A stretch of DNA of 64,000 nt from Anaeromyxobacteraceae bacterium. GTDB taxonomy: Bacteria > Myxococcota > Myxococcia > Myxococcales > Anaeromyxobacteraceae. The stretch spans positions 704,001 through 768,000 of the forward strand of contig JASGHJ010000002.1 in NCBI GenBank assembly GCA_047602405.1, given 5' to 3'. The notes beneath the pieces were generated by a model. The model saw only the letters and a list, made by a program, of their open reading frames with translations. It had not been told where the DNA came from and searched no databases. A program made the translations under genes and the position numbers. Shown here piece by piece: positions 57,266-64,000 of this stretch (its first letter is position 1; each line of letters starts with the position of its first letter).

Positions 57266-60200
57266 ATGCCCCGCCGCCTCGCGCTCCTCCCTCCGCTCCT
57301 CGCCGCCCTCTCCGCCTGCGGCCATGGCGCGGAGAACGCACACGCCGACCGGCGGGCGCGGGACCTCGACGAGCTCTCGGCCCTGTGGAGCTGCTACCGG
57401 TACACGCACCTCGAGGAGGGCCGGGTGGTGGCCCACGACGAGGGCGGCATCACGACGTCCGAGGGGCAGGCGTACGCCATGCTCCGCGCGGTGTGGTCGG
57501 GGGACCGCCCCACCTTCGACGAGGTCTGGCGCTGGACGCGGGAGCACCTGCAGGTGCGCGACGACCACCTCCTGGCCTGGCGCTGGAAGGGGGCCGTGCT
57601 CGACCGGCACGCCGCCACCGACGCCGACCAGGACGCCGCCCTCGCGCTCGTGCTCGCCTCCCGCCGGTTCGGGGAGGCGCGCTACCTCGAGGAGGCGCGT
57701 CGCATCCTCGCGGATTCTCTGGGCCCGCACGGTGGTGTCGGCGGGCGGCCGGCGTCTGCCCACCGGCGGCGACTGGGCCCCGGCGGAGCGCTATCCGACG
57801 GTGCACGTCGCCTACCTCGCGCCCTACGCGTACGAGGTCTTCGCGGAGGTGGATCCCCGTCGTCCGTGGCGCGAGCTCGTCCGCGGGTCGTACGACGTGC
57901 TCCGGTTCCTGTACCTCGAGAAGGGCTACGTGCTCCCGCCCGAGCGGATCTGGGTGGACCCCCGCACGGGCGCGCTCCTCACCGCGCGCCCCGGCTCGGG
58001 CGAGCCCCTGCAGGCCTTCTCCTACGACGCCGTGCCGATCTTCTGGAGGGTCGCGCTCGACGCGCGGTGGTTCGGTCGCCGGGGCGAGGCGGACCTGCGG
58101 GCGCGGATGCTCGCGTTCCCGCGCGAGGCCTTCCGGGACGAGGGGCGGCTGCGGGATCGGTACTCGCCGAACGGGCTGCCCCGCTCCGCGCTGGACGGGC
58201 TGCCGCACCTCGCCTCCGTGCAGGCGCTGGCCGCGGTGGAGGACCCGGCGTTCGCGGCCCGCCTCCGCGAGGCCCGGCTCGACGGGCTGTTCACCGCCGC
58301 GGTCGCGGGAGGGGACACCCCGTACTACCTGCACAACTGGCTCTGGTTCGGCCGGGCGCTGGAGCTCGGGGTCACGCGCCGCTTCGACGAGCGCCTGGGG
58401 TTCCTGACCCTCGCGGACTGGACCCCGCTCCTCGAGGGCCTCCCCTGGGCGGCCTGCGCCGTCGCGCTCGCCCTCCTCCCCTTCGCCCGGCGGTTCGCCC
58501 TCGCCCGCGGGGCGTTCCTCGCCGTCGCGCTCGGCCTCTCGATCCGGTACCTCGCCTGGCGCGCCGCGGAGACCCTGAACTTCGTCGAGCCGCTCGGCCC
58601 GCTCATCAGCCTCGCGCTGCTCGGCGCGGAGCTCTACGCGCTCTCCACCGTGGTGCTCCTCGCCGTCCAGGTCGGGCTCCGGCGCCGCGCCCGGCCCGCT
58701 CCGCCCCCCCTCGCGCCGGACGAGCCGCACCCGACGGTGGACGTGCTCGTCCCGATCTACTCCGAGTCGCTCGAGATCCTGGACCGGACGCTCACCGCGT
58801 GCGCGGCGCTGCGCTGGCCGGCGAAGACGGTCTGGGTGTGCGACGACTCCCACCGCGAGGAGGTCGCCCGGCTCGCCGCGGAGCACGGCGCGCGCTACCT
58901 GCGAGGCCCGAAGCGCCACGCGAAGGCGGGCAACCTGAACGCGGCGCTGCAGGTGACCTCCGGCGAGCTCGTCGCGATCTTCGACACCGACCACGTCCCG
59001 GTCGCGGCCTTCCTCGAGCGGACCGCGCCGCACTTCCGCGACGGGCGGGTGGGCTTCGTCCAGACCCCGCACCACTTCTCGAACCCGGACGTGTTCCAGC
59101 GGGCGCTGGTCGCGCCGGCGGCGGTCCCCAACGAGGCCGACCTCTTCAACCACGCCATCCAGGCCGGGCGGGACCGCTGGGGGGGCGCGTTCTTCGTGGG
59201 GAGCGGCGCGGTCTTCCGCCGGGCCGCGCTCGCGTCGGTCGGCGGGTTCCAGCTCCTCTCGATCACGGAGGACATCCACACGAGCCAGAAGCTGCACGCG
59301 AAGGGCTGGCGGTCGGCCTTCGTGGACGAGGACCTCGCGGTGGGGCTCTCGGCGGAGGGGCTCGCGTCGTACCTCGTGCAGCGCCGCCGGTGGATGCTCG
59401 GCTGCCTCCAGAATCTTCTTCCGCGACAACCCGCTGCTCGAGCGCGGGCTGCCGCTGCGCCACCGGATCGGCTACTTCGCCTCGCTCTGGTACTTCTTCT
59501 TCCCGCTGGCGCGGGTCGTGTTCTTCGCGACGCCGCTCCTCTACCTGTACTTCCACCTCCACCCCATCTTCGCGGACCTCCCGGTCCTGCTCGCCCACCT
59601 GCTCCCGCACCTCGGGGCCTCCGCGCTCGCCGCGAGCGTGCTCGTGCCGGGCTGGCCGCGGGCGCTGTGGGGGTCGCTCTACGAGGCCGCGGTCGCGTTC
59701 CCGCTCGCCCGGGCCACCCTCGACCTCGTCCTGCCGAAGACCCTCGCGTTCAAGGTGACGCCGAAGGGCGTCGTGACCGACCGGCGGCGCTTCGACGTCG
59801 CGTCCTCCCGCCTCACGCTCCTCGCCGCGGCGGTCACGCTGGGCGGGATCCTGAAGGGCGCCTTCGAGCTCGCGGCCTTCGGGATCGAGGTGGAGGCCTA
59901 TGCCTTCAACCTCGCGTGGGCCGGGGCGGGCCTGGCGGGGCTGCTCGGCGCCCTGCTGGTGGCGTGGGAGCGCCCGCAGCGGCGCGCCGACGAGCGGCTC
60001 GCGCGCCGCGTCCGCGTCGTGCTGGAGCACGGCGGCCTCGCGGCGGAGGCCGAGACCGTGGATCTCTCCACGACGGGCGCCCGCGTCGCCCTGCCCGCGG
60101 GGGCCGCGCTCCCGCCGCGCCTCCGGGTGGCCTTCGCGGACGCGCCCGGGCTCCGGATCACGGCGCGGGTCGCCTGGCGGGAGGCGGCGCGCGGCGGGAT

Positions 60201-60669
60201 CGAGGCCGGGCTCGCCTTCGAGGGTGCGGGCGCCGTGGAGCGGCGCGCCCTCGCGCGGCTCGCGTACTCGGCGGACGGCGCGCTCGCGGGTGCGCACGGG
60301 GCGCGCGCGCGCACGCCGCTCGGGATGGCGTGGCACTTCGTGGCCGGCCTCGTGCGGGCGCTCCGGTCCGGCCGCGGGCGGCGGAGGCTGGAGGCGAGGC
60401 GGCTCCGTCCGCGCCTCGCCCGCTGGGTCGGCCCCGGCGGCGCGCGCCGGGTCCTGCTCCTCGACGCCTCGGCGGGCGGCCGCGGCGCGCTCTTCCTCGG
60501 CGGGGCGCCCGCGCCCGGCGAGGCGCTGCCGCTCGTGGAGCGCGCCGGCGTGCGCGCCACCCGCGTCGCGTACGCGCGGCGGCTCCTGCCCGGGCTGTGG
60601 CGGGTGGGGCTCGCCTTCCCGCCCGGTCCGCTCGCGCCCGCCCGGCCGCGTGCCTACGTTGCGGCGTGA
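57266..60669 (+). CDS. bcsA: Lipoprotein GH8 endoglucanase fused to BcsA-type GT2 synthase with two PilZ domains; +1 frameshifts at 57716 and 59412 (about 1133 aa corrected)
   Basis: Lipobox LSAC; GH8 motifs TSEGQAYAML, ATDAD, FSYDAV, YYLHNW; same frame continues to YLAWRAAETL, VDVLVPIYSE, CDD, HAKAGNLN, FDTDH, QTPH, FFVGS, TED, QRRRW; then FKVTPKG, RADER...DLSTTG and RLEAR...DASAGG. Confidence 0.85.
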
Positions 60670-62760
60670 ACCGCTCCACCGCCGCCCGGGCCGTCGTGGT
60701 CGCACTCGTCGTGAGCGGGGCGCCCGCCAGCCCGCGCGCCGGCCTCGCCGAGGGGTGGTACCTCGCGCGGGGCCGCGCCAACCTGGAGATCGCGAACTAC
60801 GCCGCCGCGGTCGAGGCCTTCAAGAAGGCGCTCGAGCACGATCCCGGCAACCGGGAGGCGTCGCGCTCGCTCGGGATCGCCCTGCAGCGCAACGGCGAGA
60901 CCGACGCGGCCGTGGCCCAGTACGGCCGCCACCTGGAGCGCTTCCCGGACGACGCCGAGATCGCGTTCGCCCTCGCGCGGGTGCTGCAGTGGTCCCGCTA
61001 CGCGTACCGGTCGGCCGACGCCGTCCGCTACCTGCGGCTGGGCCTGAGGTCCCGGGAGGACCCCGCCCGGCGGCGCGAGCTCGCGCGCCTGCTCGCCCGG
61101 GACCCCGCCACCCGCGACGAGGCCGTCGAGAGCTACCGGCGGCTCCTCGCGGCGGCCCCGGGGGACGCGGCGCTGCGCGAGGAGTACCTGAAGCTCCTCC
61201 TGTGGGATCGGCGGCGCCGCGGCGAGGCGATCGCCGAGCTGGAGCGCCGCACCGCCGAGGCGCCGGGCGACGAGCGGCTCTCGCGGGAGCTCGCGCGCCT
61301 CCTCGCGGAGGACCCCCGGCGCGCGGACGAGGCGGCGCGGCGCTACGCGGCGCTCGTGGCGGCCCACCCGGACGATCCGGAGCTCCGCCTCGGTCGGGCG
61401 CGCGCGCTCGCGAGGCTCGGCCGGCGCGACGAGGCGCTCGTGGACTACGGCCGGGCGGTCGCCGCGCGGCCGGCGTGGATCGACGCGCGGGTCGAGCAGG
61501 CGGACCTCCTCGCCGCCGAGCCGGAGGGGCGGGAGGCTGCGCGCCGCGCGTACGAGGGCGTGCTCCGGGAGGCCCCCGGCAACCGGCGGGCCCGGGTCGG
61601 GCTCGCGCGGGTCCTCGGCGCGCGCAAGGAGACGGCGCCCGACGCCATCCGCGCCTACGAGGCGGTGCTCCGCGAGGCGCCGCGCGACGCGGAGGCCCAC
61701 GGGGGCCTCGCCCGCGCCTACGCCTGGGAGGGCGACCCGGACCGGGCGCTCGTTCACGCCGCGGCCGCGCGCCGGCTCGGCCCCGACCGGGCGGACCTCG
61801 CGGCCCTGACCCAGGCGCTGCGGGAGGGCCGCGAGCCCGCGCTGGGCGGCGGCGTCCGGGTGCTGTCGCAGCTCGGCGCAGGGGCCTCGGCGCTGGAGCG
61901 CGTGGGGGGGCTCGTCCAGGGCGAGCTCGAGCCGACGCCGTTCACGCGCGCGGAGAGCGAGGTGGGCTGGGCCGAGGCGCGCGGGCCCGCGGGCGCCCGT
62001 GCGGCCGGGGCGATCGCGGCGGGTGCCCTCACCGTCCGGCCCGGGGACGAGGTCCGGCTGCGCCTGGGGCTGTCCTGGGATGGGCTGCGCCTCGGGGGGC
62101 GGCTCGGCGGGGAGGTGGGGCTCGCGCGCCCGCTCGACGCGGGGGAGCTCGCGCTCCGCGCCGTGCGCCAGGCGAGGACCGACTCCTACCGGGCCTACGC
62201 GGGCGAGCGGCTCGCGGGAGGCGGGCTCGCCGGCGGCGCCTCGGAGAGCTACGCGGAGGTGCGCCTGCGTCGAGGGGGTGACGCGACCTTCGAGGTCGCG
62301 GCGCGCGCGGGGGCGATCGACGCCGAGGGTACGCCGGCGACGCTCCTCGCGGGCGCGAGCGCGCGGGCGGGGCGCATCCTCCTGGGAGGGCCCCGGTTCG
62401 GCCTCGGCGTGGCGCTCGCCGGGGTGGCGCTCCACCACGGCCGCCGCCTCGACGCCGGCGCGCTGGACGGGCGCGGCCCCGGGCTCTTCTCGCCACCCGC
62501 TCTTCGGGAGCGCGTCTCCCCGGCTCACGCTCGCGCTCGACGGGGGGACGGCCGGATGGCTCTCGGTCGACGCGGGGCCCTCGGCCCAGTGGACGGCGGG
62601 CCCGGGAGGAGCGGTGCGCCTGGGGGGCGATGCCGCGCTCTCCGGGGCGTGGCGCCTCGCCGGGCCGCTGCGGCTCTCCGGCGCGCTGCGGGCCGAGCGC
62701 GTCGCCGCGGTCTACACCCGGTTCGAGGCGTCGGCCTCGCTGGCGGTGCTGTTCCCGTGA
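60666..62760 (+). CDS. TPR-repeat + C-terminal beta-barrel export protein, BcsC-like; +1 frameshift near 62497
   Basis: Translated by hand from GTG 60666 (GTGA overlap): signal peptide, many TPRs (YAAAVEAFKKALEHDPGN...), beta-rich tail with RTDSYRAYAG, ending YTRFEASASLAVLFP*. Absent from the ORF track because the frame has no stop before the window end. Confidence 0.7.
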
Positions 62761-64000
62761 GCGCGGCCCGGTGCACGACGCTCGCGGCGCTCGTCGCCTC
62801 TCCGCGGCCAGCCGCGGAGGCGCTCGCGATCGGGGCCGCGCTGGCCCGGGCGGTCGAGGAGCTGCACCGCGCCGGCGAGGTCCACGGCGCGCTCCACCCG
62901 GGCGCCGCGGAGCTCGGGGCGGAGGGGGTGGTCGTCCTCGCCGCGGCGCCCGCCGCCGGCGCCCCGCTCGCGCCGGAGCGCGCACCCGCGCTGCCGTTCG
63001 CCGCGCCCGAGGTGCTCCGGGGGAGCCGGCCGGGGAGGCCGGCCGACGTCTTCTCGACGGCCGCCGTCATCCACGCGCTCCTCGCCGGCTCGCCCCCGTT
63101 CGGCGCGGGCGAGCCGCTCGCGATCGTGCACCGGATCCTGTACGGCCGGCCGGTCCGCGCCGGCGCGCTCCCGCCCGGCCCCGATCGCGCGGGACAGGCC
63201 GCGCTCGCGGCGGCCCTGTCTCGGCGCCCGCGCCGGCGCCCGACCGCGCGGGTCCTGGCGGCCGCGCTCGAGCGCGCGCTCGAGTCGGGCGCGCCCCACG
63301 CCGCCGCGCCGCACGCCGCCGCGCCCCACGCCGCCGCGCCCCACGCCGCCGCGCCCCACGCCGCCGCGCCGCACGCCGCGGTGCCGCACGCCGACGCGCC
63401 GGCCGGGAGGCCACGTCGCGCCACCGCGCTCGCGAGGGCCGCCGCGGCCCGCGTGCGCGCGGCGCTCCCGCCGCTCCCTCCCTTCCCGCGGCCCCCCCGC
63501 CTGCGGGCCGCCGGCGCGCTCGGCGTGATCGGCGCGGCCGCGCTGCTCTTCGCGGCGATCGGCGCGTTCGTGCTCGGGGGCGGCATGGGGCTGCGGTCCC
63601 GGGTGGAGGCGCTCGTCGCGCGCGGCGAGCTCGCCCGCGCGCGGCAGCTGCTCGAGGCCGCCGGCCCCGATGACGACCCGGTCGTCGAGAAGCTCCGGGG
63701 AGATCTCGCCTGCGCCGAGGGCCGACCCGCGGACTGCCTGCGCCGCTACCGCGCCGCGCTCGGCGGGAGGCCCGAGCTCCGCGCGGACGGGTTCGTGCGC
63801 GCGAACACCGTCCGGCTGCTGGACGGCGCGCAGCCCTGCGCCGTCCGCCGGGCGGCGGCCCTGCTGCTCGTGGAGGTCCGGGACCCCGCGGCGCTGCCCG
63901 CGCTCGAGCGCGCGCGCCGGTCGGCGGGCCTCCTCGCGATCTTCTGCGAGGGGGACGCCCTCGATCGTGCGCTCGTCGCGACCCGGGCCGAGGCGCGGCA
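62757..64000 (+). CDS. Membrane pseudokinase (Ser/Thr kinase C-lobe only), runs off the window end
   Basis: GTGA overlap; LHRAGEVHGALHPGA (in place of HRDLKPxN), FAAPEVL, ADVFS, LLAGSPPF; repeat linker, TM helix, helical C-terminal domain. Confidence 0.7.
   Translation, partial: MSAARCTTLAALVASPRPAAEALAIGAALARAVEELHRAGEVHGALHPGAAELGAEGVVVLAAAPAAGAPLAPERAPALPFAAPEVLRGSRPGRPADVFSTAAVIHALLAGSPPFGAGEPLAIVHRILYGRPVRAGALPPGPDRAGQAALAAALSRRPRRRPTARVLAAALERALESGAPHAAAPHAAAPHAAAPHAAAPHAAAPHAAVPHADAPAGRPRRATALARAAAARVRAALPPLPPFPRPPRLRAAGALGVIGAAALLFAAIGAFVLGGGMGLRSRVEALVARGELARARQLLEAAGPDDDPVVEKLRGDLACAEGRPADCLRRYRAALGGRPELRADGFVRANTVRLLDGAQPCAVRRAAALLLVEVRDPAALPALERARRSAGLLAIFCEGDALDRALVATRAEAR
63291..63395 (+). 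repeat. 15-bp tandem repeat x7 encoding (APHAA)6-VPHAD
   Basis: GCGCC(C/G)CACGCCGCC units start at 63291, 63306, 63321, 63336, 63351, 63366 and 63381; the last two are imperfect. Confidence 0.9.

Noticed and set aside
57717..64000. One stop-free plus-strand frame suggesting a synthase-TPR-kinase mega-fusion
   Set aside because: Recognisable homology leaves this frame at 59412 and 62497. After correction, clean stops with GTGA-coupled restarts appear at 60669 and 62760. Only the GH8-GT2 junction is supported as a fusion.

Overview
Very GC-rich, gene-dense bacterial DNA whose gene content (multiheme cytochromes, Hanks-type kinases, class III cyclases, Cys-rich lipoproteins) suggests an Anaeromyxobacter-like member of the Myxococcota; this is an inference, not a lookup. 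About 55 genes are supported. They include sixA/CHAD, aguB-aguA, kbl-tdh, gnd-zwf-pgl, an M16 protease pair, yebC, ada/alkA-ogt, a P-II gene, a prolyl oligopeptidase and two histidine kinases. No rRNA, tRNA, CRISPR array or transposase was seen. The main finding (57266-64000) is a cellulose-synthase-like operon the ORF track misses. A lipoprotein GH8 endoglucanase reads in frame into a BcsA-type GT2 synthase with two PilZ domains. It is followed by a TPR/beta-barrel (BcsC-like) gene and a membrane pseudokinase, and no bcsB is visible. Other highlights: a peroxiredoxin with an in-frame UGA and a SECIS-like hairpin (selenoprotein); a 1754-aa single-chain carboxylase whose biotin carboxylase domain looks inactive; a flavin-domain/GAF/winged-helix regulator next to a hemerythrin-cytochrome c operon with phased operator-like repeats; a kinase-pseudocyclase beside an intact cyclase; and an XRE regulator with twin palindromic operators. 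Ten single-base insertions interrupt nine otherwise intact genes, four of them AGATC to AGAATC, which most likely reflects sequencing error. All family assignments come from motif recognition by eye.
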